Source: Octopus sinensis | Lineage: Eukaryota | Length of the DNA stretch: 47,941 nucleotides | Direction: 5' to 3' | NCBI RefSeq assembly: GCF_006345805.1 | Contig: NW_021834188.1 | Coordinates: forward strand, 1 to 47,941 | Program-made: the position numbers and the translations under genes | Part shown: in pieces, positions 1 to 11,400 of the stretch | Layout: each line of letters opens with the position of its first letter | How positions within the stretch are numbered: position 1 is the first letter of the stretch | Notes under the pieces: generated by a model | What the model was told of the DNA's origin: nothing | The model's input: the letters and a program-made list of their open reading frames with translations, nothing else | Databases searched by the model: none

Positions 1-250
1 TTTCCAATCCCCACCTGATTCTGCAACTGAAATTAAATGTATTTTATTTCTATGTATTTGATTTTTCTCTTCTAATGATTTACGTGGCATTTTTATTTGC
101 TGCGTCAAAATATAATATTTATAATAAAAGTAATCCTTTATTGATCCCATTTAGTTCGTTATTAATCCCACTTAGTTTGATGTTAATCCCATTTAGTTTT
201 CTCTCAATCCCACTTAGTTTGGTGTTTATCCCACTTAGTATGGGAAATGG
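1..250 (-). mobile_element. End of Tc1/IS630-like element with a TIR built of 21-bp repeats (copy A, truncated by window)
   Basis: Same sequence as 24016-24265; ends gaaatgg followed by TA. Confidence 0.85.
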
Positions 251-496
251 TATAGATGATATTTTGCAATGTGAGAGATGTATTATGTCGCGCCCCACGC
301 TGACGACCAGAGCGACCTTCATTGTTGACAGGGTTGACAGGGTGACCTACTTAGTTTGACATTAATTACTGACTAAAGATAATTCCTAAAAATTTGAAAA
401 ACTTAACATTTTTTAACTCTATTGATAGTAACTATCTTAGTTTCATCTATCAAAAGATATTGAAAACGGTATTTAGTATCATTATTAGTATACAAC

Positions 497-590
497 AAGA
501 CTTTAGCTGTGCGGTGGGGCGGCCTTGGCATGAGATCTTATTCCGATTTCTCCTGGATTAAAGCAGTTCACCGAATTATTCTCTGACTCG
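497..590 (+). mobile_element. Short non-LTR retrotransposon remnant
   Basis: Translates as TLAVRWGGLGMRS, resembling the LPxxxGGLG motif C-terminal to RT in non-LTR elements. Confidence 0.35.
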
Positions 591-680
591 ATCGATGGTG
601 TGTCAACTCTCCATTTGAAGGGTAACTTGATTTTATTAATAGTTTTTATTACAAGGTTTAACGTTTATAAAGTTTATTTG

Positions 681-1075
681 ATCTGCTTGCATAATACGCA
701 TGTAATAATAGGCAAAAGGAGGGGTTTCACCCCTTACTTTGAGAGATGCTTTATCTAATGGCTCACTATGATAAATCACAAGTCTAAAGAGTTGTCTTTT
801 GGATTAAGAGTTTTATAAACCTTTCCATTAAGGATAATGACAACTTCTTATATTGGTTCCTACAACAAAACATGTAATATGATGATTATAAAAAAGCCCT
901 GGCTTTGCTTTAGTTTTAATTTAGATCCCATTGTTCGCCCTGCAATATGAAGGCCATTGATAATACGAGGACCTGTTGTTACGTAGTATAAGCGTTTTCC
1001 AAGGGCTTGCATCAAACCACCATGCGTTTGATTTGCAGAGATGATTCCGGTCATTCCTAAAGAGTATTGAGCTTG
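681..1075 (-). pseudogene. C-terminal fragment of a Chlamydiae-type DUF3604 protein (bacterial origin, frameshifted)
   Basis: QAQYSLGMTGIISANQTHGGLMQALGKRLYYVTTGPRIINGLHIAGRTMGSKL...FYNHHITCFVVGT...ILNGKVYKTLNP...PPFAYYYMRIMQAD matches the recalled chlamydial pattern QYSPGLTAII...YATTGPRI...PMGSEL...NRHISG.VAGT...IRNG...PF.YYYLRV.QAD. Confidence 0.75.
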
Positions 1076-1186
1076 GATTGCTTTTTTATCTTGTTGATAG
1101 CGAAGATATGAATCAAATTTTTCTCCAGTCAGGTTAAAAGCGGACAAATTAAACGCAAGTTTTAAAGGAATCATGAGAGAAACTGC

Positions 1187-2017
1187 TTAATCAATTTCCT
1201 TTGATTGACGAAGCTTTCCGGATCAGCAGAGCTCTGTTCGGAGAGTAAAGTAGAAGTCAATGTGGTTTAAATTAACGAGTTTGAATTTTTTTGACTGCGT
1301 CTGATTTTAATCGTTTCTCCCGTTTTTAGCTCAAAGCGGTTGAGACCATTGCAGAAACTTCAATGGACTCATTTTCACTCACATACTCGTTTTAAATTTT
1401 GCGGTTTAGTGTAAGAACGAAAGGACGATTTGAAATGGTATGTAAACAAATAGAAGTTAAGACAAAAGCATTAATATCAGGGCTTAAGATAGGACTACCG
1501 GCAACTTAAAGAGTAAGCTGTTGACATATTAAAGGTTGCTAAAATGACACTATCAGCTTCAAGCCTATTCAGATAAAGATAACATAAATTGCCATTTTAA
1601 TAATAATAGGATTGTGTACTAGTTGTAGGAGACAATTCTTTATGGAAAAGAAAGACTTTTTACTTTGAGATGTTCCTTCGATCATTATTCTATTTTTAAA
1701 TGTGAACTGCCGGTGAATTAAATCTTCCAGTCAGAGGATGATATTGATGATTTGAACATCTGCCATAAACCCGAGATGCCCGAAATTAATTCATAAAATA
1801 ACTGCATCGATATCAGCGTACTTATGCGCTACGCGCAAGATAGATCCATCTCCTCTCATTGTGATCAACCATTCAATATCCTACGAGTTTGCCGAGAAAA
1901 GAGGTGCCTCTTAAGATCGCTTGCTTTATCATCTCCAACAGCAACCTGGATGCTTTTTTTAGAAAAGATATTTTTTGATTTCTCTTTAGTTTTTGGAAAA
2001 AGAGCAATTTTTTTCAT
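1187..2017 (-). pseudogene. nadK: Bacterial NAD kinase pseudogene
   Basis: Starts MKKIALFP. Degenerate motifs: ITMRGDGSILR (GGDG motif), *INFGHLGFMADV, ADSVILATFNMSTAYSLS, AFVLTSICLHTISNRPFVL and a C-terminal TLRTELC*SGKLR. Has stops and frameshifts, no introns. Confidence 0.88.
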
Positions 2018-3353
2018 TGGACCCTGGCAGTTTGTTTTGAAGAAGTCTCTAAAACCTGTAGCAATATTGTCGGGGTAAAGTCCAACTTCTTTTAACAAGT
2101 CTGCATGATTAGCATGCTGATTTCCTAACGTGTAAATGAGTCAAGCCTTCTTGGACAATAAAAGAATTGATAATCGATCCCATGCCACTTTGAAGTGAAT
2201 GTTTTTCAATTATAACAACACCTCGAGAATTTTCAAAGTATCTTCATCCAAAGGTTTAACAAAGATTGGTCGATGACTGTTCCATCAAGGTCTTCTAAAA
2301 GCAAAAGCTCGCGTGTTTGCAGACCAATATCCACCACGTGGCCAAAAGCTACTATCGTTAGATTTTTTCCTTTTTAAGGGATTCTTTGCTAAAAAAACTT
2401 TTTCGAATTGAATCTCTTCGTCAACTGTCTGTAAGTTAGGATAGCGGATAGCAGATGGAAGTTTCCATACGAAAGCACTTTGTAGGAGGGCTTTTAGCAT
2501 ATTCCTTCCCGCCTCAAGGCTGCGCGATAAATATATTGGGCATGGCATTCAATATCTTAGAGCCCTTGAGCAGTGATTCCATCATCAAAAGCTAGACCAG
2601 GGCGATTAATGATGCTTTTGAACACAAACATTGTGATAAATGTTATCAAAAGCACGCTGGAGGAAAGTTGATTAGACAAAGGCAATGACTTTTAGTTTTT
2701 CATTATAGCTCATACCTAGAGAGTAGGCAAAAGAGTTTCCCTCGGTAATGACTGCATCTATGCAGCTGTCTAGATATCGCTTCATAAAAACATCTGAGCA
2801 AGAGCCGACGTGCATAGCAGGTGTGATAGCAACAATATTGGGATCTTCTTCAGCAAACTTGAGAACGTGCTTTCCAAAAAACTTTAAAGAATGTTAGCCT
2901 AGGATTTTTATAAAAATGTAATTCTCCTGTTTTTCTATTAAATAGTTTTCCTTTTTGATAAGGCGTTGGATGCATGCCTTTTCTTTTTATGCCTTGTCCT
3001 TTTACTGGAAGAATGTGAACGAGGGTAAAGGGGTCCTGATCTTTCAGTGCTTTGATAGTATCGATAAGCTTTTTGATTTCATGCACATCGATGGAGACCA
3101 AACTGCTTAAATTTAGCAGTGCTAATCACGTTTTTCATTGATTCTTTCATCTGATTGCTTTGCTCGATAAGTGTTTTTACGTAACCTGGAATTCTTAGAA
3201 TGACTTTTATCAGGTCGTCGTGAAAGTGGTTAGCAATAAGGCTATTAAAAAATGGCTGAGAATACTCGTTACAGCGCTTACATTTTTGGTAATTGCCATG
3301 GCATTATCATTGAGAATAAAGGTGAATTTTTTAAGTTTTTTGGGAATGCTATT
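2018..3353 (-). pseudogene. dxs: Bacterial 1-deoxy-D-xylulose-5-phosphate synthase pseudogene, N-terminus missing
   Basis: Collinear motifs: ILNDNAMAITKNV; IDVHEIKKLIDTIKALKD...LVHILPVKGQG; EEDPNIVAITPAMHVGSC; STFLQRAFDNIYHNVC; NRPGLAFDDG; MPNIFIAQP; PSAIRYPNL; IFVKPLD; IEKHSLQSGMGS; LLKEVGL. Multiple stops and frameshifts. Confidence 0.92.
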
Positions 3354-3440
3354 CAGTGTTTGGATTTTTTGTTCGGCGTTGTTTAGCTTTCGACGGCCAT
3401 GAGCAATTAAGTGGTTAGCTTCTTGAAAATGAAGGGAGGC
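3354..3440 (-). pseudogene. xseB: Exonuclease VII small subunit fragment fused in frame to the dxs remnant
   Basis: SLHFQEANHLIAHGRRKLNNAEQKIQTL matches the XseB helix pattern SL..FEEA..LI..C.KKL..AEQKI..L. xseB commonly lies upstream of dxs. Confidence 0.6.
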
Positions 3441-3696
3441 AATGCCAATTGCTTGATTAACTGGATCTACTGAACGTATTTTTCATTTTGTTTTCCTTTT
3501 AGAATCAATAGAAGATGTATTGTAAGAATGGGGAAAAGAGATCACTGCATGTGGATTCAAAAACCCTGAAAAGTTCTCATTTCAACTGAAAGAAAATCAA
3601 GCTCAGAATAGATGTTTTAATAACAAATCTTGACTTCAAATTTTATTAAGTTTTTTCCTTTAGCGTTCATTCTTGAAGAGAACTAAGAACTTGGTA

Positions 3697-3960
3697 CAGT
3701 ATACATTGGTCAATTGCATATTGGTTAATTGTATAAATCGGCTAATGACATAAATTTATTTTCAATACCATATTTTATATGCTTTCCATTCAATATATAT
3801 CGATTAATTGGATAAATTGGTTAATGAAAATGGATGATTTTATTCCTAATTCAGGTTGGCTTCAGCATTGGAAAGAGAGGAACAAAGTATCATTTAAACG
3901 CATTTATGGGGGAAAAAAGATTCCAAAATAAATGGTCATTGGGACAAGAAAGAATCCTAG
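3697..3960 (+). mobile_element. pogo/Tigger-like DNA transposon remnant
   Basis: TA-CAGT terminus with subterminal repeats; GWLQHWKERNKVSFKRIYG resembles the CENP-B/pogo HTH segment. Confidence 0.6.
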
Positions 3961-5258
3961 ATGCTTCAAAGAAACCAAAACACTTCCAGTTAACTAAGTT
4001 GTTAATAAGATATCACGTCAATTTCAGTAGAATTAAAGAATGCGTGATTGACATCACACATTTTTGAAAACTGGTTATCACGTGTTATCAGTCATAATTG
4101 CATGTCTACCTTTTATAGGGTAAATATTTCCTGCTGAAACGAGAATAGTAAAAGTTTCCAGTGATCTTTTTATTGAATTTTTTAATAAAAGGTGTAAAGA
4201 AATGTGGATTTTGCTTAGACGGTTGCTTGCTGTTACAAATTTTTCTGTTATTTTGTAAATCTTCGACCGTTTCTACAACCTCTATCCATTCAAAATACTA
4301 ATTATGGAGAAGAATAACAGGACTTTCTGTTTGATTTGTTCAAGATATCTTAAGCCAAATCCACGCGTGTACATTGAGTCAAAAATATCGGTGATAACTT
4401 CGCGAGGTGAATTTGTATTATTTAGATTCTTGATTATAGATTGATCGATTTTCAAATTGTTTGGTTATAGGCAGAATAAACAGTATTCTAGTGGAGTTTG
4501 CGGTGAACTTGACATAGGCTTGGTCTCAAATGAATAATTAACTCATAACAGCTGCTGATTTGACCTAACAGCTGCTGATCAGAAAAATAAGAGAATAAAA
4601 AGGTTAATGTATCGATTTTACCTGGATAAGAAACATTTCCTTTTGTTAGTCGATAAACTGCTTGAGTTACGAAAGCGTAACTAAAGAAGCCATACCAATT
4701 ACTGTAATAGTTGAAATAGCGGGAACTATGGCTTGAGAAGATGACATGATTAGCAGCGATTTAAATGATTGCCGTTTTTGGCGCAAAGGAGAACTTGAAA
4801 AATAGCCAGTTGCAAAAGGCAGAATATTTTGATCGATCTTTTCTGCGTTCATAGAATTTGCAAAGGCATATAAAGCTAGAACATCTGTAGGGAAGGTAAA
4901 GACAGGTCCGATCGTTGTTAAGTTCTACCACATCCATACACCCAGCTAAAGCATAGATTCACTTCCTAGGACAATCAAGCTAACAATCATTTCTCCTAGA
5001 CTAAATTGAAAAAAAGGTTTACGCCTGACTTAATCCACCAAATTGAAAAATCGTATAGGCTTAATAGATAATTGTGTTAATGCCAGTGACTTTTTGGATA
5101 ATTAAGAAGTCAAAGACTAGCGAAAAGGGATTCAAAAAATATGATTTTGCACAACCGACACTGACTGTTATGGAAAATAGTCCCTTGATGAGTTTTGTAA
5201 TTTAATGTCTGCCCGAAAAATGTTGATATTTAACACTTAACCAATAAAACAGTCATAT

Positions 5259-6723
5259 TTATCGACAAGGAACGTGACTAGTCCCCCCATTTCGATAACC
5301 CTCGCTGTCGTTTAATATCTTCGTTGCACAATTTTTGAGTAAAAAACGAACTTTGCGTGCTTTTGCAACAACATTGGCGGTAATCCGTTTGGGGGGACTC
5401 ACTTCCTCGTCATTCTGGCGAACCCTCTTAACAGGACTGCTGTCGACCAACCCCTCGTCCATTGCCTGGGGCTCACATTGAGGAGTCGAGGACTAAAAAT
5501 ATTGGAAATGTCCACTTTTTTGTCGGAACACAACTGATCGACCTTCAATCCAATTGTCCTCAGTTCTTCCCTCATTATATTCAACATCCCTTGTTGGGGG
5601 GTGGCTTCGATCACGTTGAAGAGATTGTTGAGTGAGCTTGGCAGGGAGATTGTGTCTCCTGAGGGGATCCCTTGAAGGGACTCACCGAGGGACCACAAAA
5701 TTGAATTTTTGACTGATTCGAAATCCCGGGACATGGCCAATTGACTCACAAACCGACGACAGCACAGGAAAAACGTGGTCAGTTGACGTTCGAGGGGACT
5801 CAACTGATTGTTGTCGGTGAATGTCTTCGAAATGATTGTCTTCAAGTCCTCTCCTGACTCCAAGTCGACAAGAACTGATTTAAAACTGTCTGATGGGGCA
5901 TTTTTTAAAGAATCAATTCGGGTTTTCAAAGATTCGAGTTGTTTGGATGTCTTTTCGTAGAAATTCGACATTGAGGAAGATAAACTTGTGATTGTAGGGG
6001 ACAAATCGTGTGCCTGGTGGTCTATCTTGCGACAATAGTAACGGAATAAGTATGTTCTTACAAATGTCTTGTCATCTAATATATTTTTAATTATTTTTAA
6101 ATTATATTTAATATATTTTTAATTAATTATTTTTTAATTTAAATTTTGTTTTTGTGGTCAAAGGGACCGGTACTTAACCTTGTGGTAAAATCGTGTCAGA
6201 AAACCCATGATTTTAGCAAGATCAGGTCGATTAGTGGCCTGATCCTCGGGGTAGATGTGCTTCAGTACATTAATAAGCACTTGTCCATTTCCCGACAAAA
6301 CAGCAGCCTCCGATAACTCGTTAATAGACTTTTCATCACATTCCCACAAAGCCATTGCCATGAGCAATTGATAGATCTATAGGATATTAAAATCAAACAA
6401 ACATTCTCCACGTTGTTGTTGAGTTCTATTAATGCTTTGAAATTGTCAATATCTGATTCTGAGTTATATTTGGCTTAAATAGAGTCTTTCAAACAACCGG
6501 AAATATAATCGACGACCAAAACCAAGGCTTCGTCGTTGCATTCAAATTCGACTGTGGGAGAGTTTGAGCTTAACGTGAGATATTAGGAATACATATATTC
6601 TACTAGACGGGCTAAGATGAGGGAGTCGTTCGTATACTCTGCGGGGTACTTTAATAGCTCAGTCGCCTACGGTAAATTTGAATACTCACAGAAAACCCAC
6701 TGTCGGAACACACCACGATTCAT
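5259..6723 (-). CDS. Multi-exon orphan gene (possible Hook/CH-like N-terminus plus coiled coil); copy A appears frameshifted near 6205
   Basis: ATG at 6723 and several ~23-26 nt GT-AG introns. A 23-nt intron at ~5454-5476 joins ORFs 5399-6004 and 5259-5462, and there is a 103-nt AT-rich intron at 6076-6178. Confidence 0.6.
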
Positions 6724-7370
6724 TATGTTTATTTTATTAAATGTTATCTAATTTTATAATTATGTTAAAAGTCATATTTTCTAGAATATATTTTAATCTC
6801 TTTATTTATGGCTCAGGCATGCAGATTTTTTTTATTTAAGACTTTTTTCTTAACTGTTGGAATGGGCCTTTTTGAATATTTCATATTGACTTATATTTAG
6901 TCTTTTGTCAATAATGCTTCACTTCTTGAAAATTATATTCCGCAAAGAAATCAGCCACTCATCCTTGAGTGGCAGAAGATGAATGTTTCATTTCCATCCA
7001 GTGCATACTCGATGTCTAGACGGCTATTAGTATATATTCTAGCTACATTATGTTTATATTAACTGCAAAAAAATAAAAGTTATGTTTTTTATAAAAGAAT
7101 GTAAATTTTTTTGTAATGCGCGGATGAAAAATTGCTACCTTGACTAGAATCTGTTAACTATTATGATTTTTCCTCTATCCCAAAAATCAAAACAACTTGA
7201 CAAATACTCATAGCATGCCTATATAATTTTGGACAAGAAAACTAAAAGAACTCAAACGCAGTTTATGAAATAGTTACGTGGTATCTTAACTTTTTCTTTT
7301 CCCATAAAATTTTACAATATTGAATTTTTGTCAGTCCATATGTTCCGGACCAGTGATTAAAACGAAAAAA

Positions 7371-7489
7371 ACTTACGATCACACCTAGTCGTAAATACCC
7401 GTTCCCATCTGAACACGGAAGTTAAGCGATTACAGGCTGTTCTAGTACTTTGCTAGGTGACTACCGGGGAACAAACAGTGTCGTACGGT
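7371..7489 (+). rRNA. 5S rRNA: 5S rRNA gene or pseudogene
   Basis: 119 nt. ACTTACGATCACACC...CCCGTTCCCATCTGAACACGGAAGTTAAGC (A box)...TAGTACT...GGTGAC (C box)...GGGAACA...GTGTCGTA, with 5'/3' ends complementary. Confidence 0.88.
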
Positions 7490-7574
7490 AATATATTTGT
7501 TAATTTCGACCACTTTCTTATTGAAATTGAGAACAAGATTTGTTACTTCACTTGGTTTTGATAAGATCTATAAG

Positions 7575-8615
7575 TCACATCGGCGGGTTCGCCAGCCGGA
7601 AAGTCTTGATCATAGAAAGTGGCGGTGGATGATATGTGTAAACATTTTGATTAACATAGGTACTCTCTTGAGGTGGATTTTCTCTGTTTTTGTTTGAAAA
7701 AACGTATCTCCTGCATAGATTTGTCCGTCCAATTTTAAATAGAATCATTGACATCTTCAAGGGCCCCAGTAAATTTATAGTTCATTGTGCTTGGAAATTA
7801 TACAAATTCAGAAAGAAAAATGGGGACTTATCCTAACTTCTACATTGATTCCCCAGGAACTAAACCTTACAGGTGGAAATGTTATTTCAACACTAAACAC
7901 AGGAATATGAAATATTGAAACATATCCTTTATGGGATTATTTAGGAGTTCCTTTTGTGGCAACCCTAATACAAACTCCATTCCATCAATCTACATTCGCA
8001 TCTTAGCAGCAAGTCTTTAAAACTCAAGCCTATCAATTATTTGCAAAACATATTTCATTTCCAATTGAAAAATTGTATTTCGATTTATGAAAGTTCATTT
8101 TTTTATATATCCGTTTAATTTGAACAGTAGAGATTTATTTTTAGCTGCTTTATCGATTGCATATTTACTCTAACATCCATTATAGCCGGTAAATATCCAT
8201 TTATAGCCTGCATTAATTTTATACTTTAAGTGGAATAGAAAACTTGCAAATTGAGCATTCTTGACGACTTGTTCTATAATTTTCCGCTTTATTGTAAAAT
8301 AAGAGTCTAAATAATCCTGTTGAGTTTACAAATTCTAGAAAGGTTATATTGATGAATAGAATCTTTAATAGTTTCCATTCCATTTTCATCATTTATGAAA
8401 ATAACTAGTTTTTTGAAATCTTTTGTCTTTGAGGTATAATCGGTCATCAATAACAATACATTTGATAGATTTTTTAGTAAATTTATATTTTATTTGCCTT
8501 GAGGAGGTCTGTACAGGTTTGCCATTTAAGATACACACGATAGATTGATATTTTGCCACATTTTGAACAAAACCTGTTATTGTATATATAGGGGAAAACA
8601 TTTTAGAAAGGACAT
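7575..8615 (-). CDS. Putative multi-exon gene of unknown function (CxxC motifs)
   Basis: ATG at 8615 followed by a short GT-AG intron; FCSKCGK and ECSICKF segments and a Pro-rich 3' part. Exon structure not resolved. Confidence 0.3.
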
Positions 8616-8650
8616 GTTTAAAATTTTAAAATAACGCTAAAAATATTAAA

Positions 8651-9898
8651 TGTCACCGGTTCTGTGTGAAAGCGGGTTAAGAACGATCGCGCTAAATCGA
8701 TTTACGCCGCTTGCCGTAACATCGAAAATTAACAGTAAGCGACCGAGAAGGTTAAATACGAGTCATTAAGTATTCAAACTTAATATTACATCGGCCACGC
8801 AATACCTATGGGCAGCCTGTTACATCAACCTTGAACTAAGATTAACTTCAATTAATTTCATTTTATTAAAACCACAGAGAATAAAATTTAGCTAACTATT
8901 TTTTAATGTAGTCATTAGTACAGTTGATATTTCTCCTTTCGAATTTTTATCTATTAAATTAAAATATCTAAAACTACCTCCACGCGATTATTCGATAAAA
9001 TATTAATTATTTCTTTCTGAGGCAGAATAATATGGAGACTCAAACTTATCCAGTCGCAATGAAGGATTTGTTCCAAAGTCCTTTTAACCCGAACTTATTA
9101 TTAATATTTCTAATTTGTACTTTATCTCCCACGCTAAAAGTATACTTACTATTATGAACATTCATTCTCCTGTTCATAGCTTTGTAATAACTTGAATTTT
9201 CATCAATTGGGTTGATTTCGAAATTAAATCTCTTCGCAGTTGGAAACAAATTGTCTGACTGGGAATAATTTAGATTTAGATTCAAAATCGAATTACATGA
9301 TAAAAATTTTAAATTAATGTTGAAAATCTTTTCAGATCTATTATGTCTATTTGAAAACGTTCATTTGGACAAGAAGCGAACGGATGGTGATTTATATCCC
9401 CAATTTACAATTAAACAAATTTTTTGAAGTTTTAAAAGACGCGAAAATTTGCAAACTTCACAATTTCAATGACTTTCTGATAATCTCATTCTTGACAGTG
9501 AAATATCTTTTTCGAAATTCATATTCAATTTTATTTACTTCTCTGTGTGAAAACTCGTAAATCAGAATTCGCCAGTGGCCGCACCGCAGATAGCAAACAA
9601 GTTTCCTTGCAAGATTGTTATTGATACCCTCTGATACAGCCAGCTGGTTTCCCGGGAGTCATTTTCTTTTTTCCAATGAGCTTCCCGATCAACCAAAGAT
9701 TTTTCAAAAGTTCAAAGCTTCAGAATTTGTGCACAAACATATATTCAACAGTATCGCGAAAAGATAGCTAAGTATAAGTAAGAGGTATTATATGTTTTCA
9801 AAGTTTCAGGTTATTTACTTTAATCACTACATTCGTGATTCACTCAGACCCAGTCTACTTCATCCATTTTCGACCACCAAAGAAACAGAGAAGTGACA
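8651..9898 (-). mobile_element. Degenerate Ginger-like (integrase-type) DNA transposon
   Basis: TGTCAC...GTGACA imperfect TIRs; remnants of the integrase zinc finger (CEVC) and a C-terminal FSVGDKVQI motif. Confidence 0.6.
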
Positions 9899-10771
9899 GA
9901 AGAAAAAAAAGGATTTATGTCTATGATCATTATCAAAGGAATCGTTCAATAAATACTTTTTAAGCAATTATTTTAGATCTTTGATTTTATCGTAGCAAGG
10001 AGTTAAATTAATCTAGAAAAGTCCACACAGTTGCTCTAGTATAAAAAAGTAGACATAATTAAGAGAAAAAAGGGAGATCCAAGGAAATATCTAGGTATAT
10101 TGCTTTTTGATGTTCGCTACTAATGTCAGATTTTGAACGACATGCTTTGGACAAAGTAAAAGCGAATTATTTTAGTTAATTGCACTTGGCACATAAGGAG
10201 ATATGCTAAATTTATATTTAAATTTTCTCACATTTTGTTTATACAAAAACTCAATACAGCTGCATGATATTAAACAACGAAGTTGGTTTTTATCTCTAAA
10301 TGAAAGCTATAATTTCGTATTTCAAAAAAGGTAGAAATTATATCGTGAAGCTTATCAACGGAGTGGGGAGATAGTTAACTTGAAATAAAAATTATAAAGA
10401 TTTTGAATTTTTTGGCTTTTGGAGTTATAACGCCATAACTGAAGAAAACAATAACATGGAATCTCAATTCCCCTCTGTATTCAAATTAAGGACACGATTT
10501 CGTTAAAGAGCTTGAGTGCTTTTTTGCACTCCAACTGTGTAAAAATGTAGTTCTGTAGTAATTTGATTTGTTTGACGTTAATGGTATAGAGTTATTTAAA
10601 AAATGCATTAAACTCACAGTCAATTTAATATTTAAATACAATATCTACTCTAATCGATTTGTATATTATTATTAAATTCATGATCATCATCAAAGTAAAT
10701 ACTACTCAAAGGTCAAAGCATGTATTAGGAAAAGAAAGCAAAAAAGAAACAGCCATTATTTAAGAAGCTAA

Positions 10772-11400
10772 TCAACGCCCAAAACCGGAGGATTTGTCTA
10801 AATAGGTTTAATTAATATTATTAAATTTACCCGGGTCATCTTTCTTTTTATCTAAATATAATTTAAAACTGATAAAAACTAACCATTTTCATTTTTCTTG
10901 TAAATATAATTCTTACAACCCGCATTTGGTTTTACTTCAATATCGAAATCAAACTGTGATAGCATTGCTTCTCTCCAATACTTTTCGTATGAGTCTGAAA
11001 TGTCAATGATACCTAAAAATAATTTGAAATAATAAACGAATTGGCTTTATTCTCAAAAATTGATTCCAGTGTTGAAAATTCTGGTTCCATTGCTGGTTCC
11101 ATTGCGGAGAATAACAATTCTGGAAATTCTGGGTCCATTGCTGAGAATACGAATTTTGAAAATAATTTAAATCGTTCGGCCCAGTCGGATAACTTTGATT
11201 ATTGAAATCAAAATATCTAGTCGATTGTGTTTCATTTCGATTATTGTCAGTCGTTTCCCACCCTGGGCAAGATAAATTCAAACTCAGTACAGGGGCTTTC
11301 TTGTTTTACACATATACATGGAATCCTCTTGCATTTACAATTCTCCTGTTCCGACATTAATAATCTTTCGTAAAATCGGTATTTATAGCCTACGAAAAAC
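10772..11400 (-). CDS. 3' part of a multi-exon orphan gene with a Q/N/W-rich repeat and a Cys-rich segment
   Basis: QWTQNFQN..QWNQQWNQNFQHWNQF repeats; short terminal exons separated by ~30-nt GT-AG introns ending in a stop at 10772; CKCKRIPCIC upstream. 5' end unresolved. Confidence 0.4.

Noticed and set aside
75-359. LIPLS/NGIN repeat ORFs (also 23547-23757 and 24006-24374)
   Set aside because: Translation artefacts of the 21-bp TIR repeats.
930-975. GLHIAG as a picornavirus 3C protease motif (endogenous virus)
   Set aside because: No upstream GxCG, and the flanking sequence fits the DUF3604 C-terminus much better.
3120-3270. GT...AG micro-intron-like segments within dxs (intron gain)
   Set aside because: The segment checked (NVSAVTSILS) aligns as Dxs coding sequence; chance GT-AG pairs are common in AT-rich DNA.
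681-3440. Bacterial contamination or a functional MEP pathway
   Set aside because: The genes carry many stops, frameshifts and deletions shared by both copies and are interleaved with eukaryotic TEs; they cannot encode active enzymes.
4667-4852. FetB/YbbM permease similarity
   Set aside because: Only NSM and AIVP-like words match, and the spacing and intervening motifs do not.
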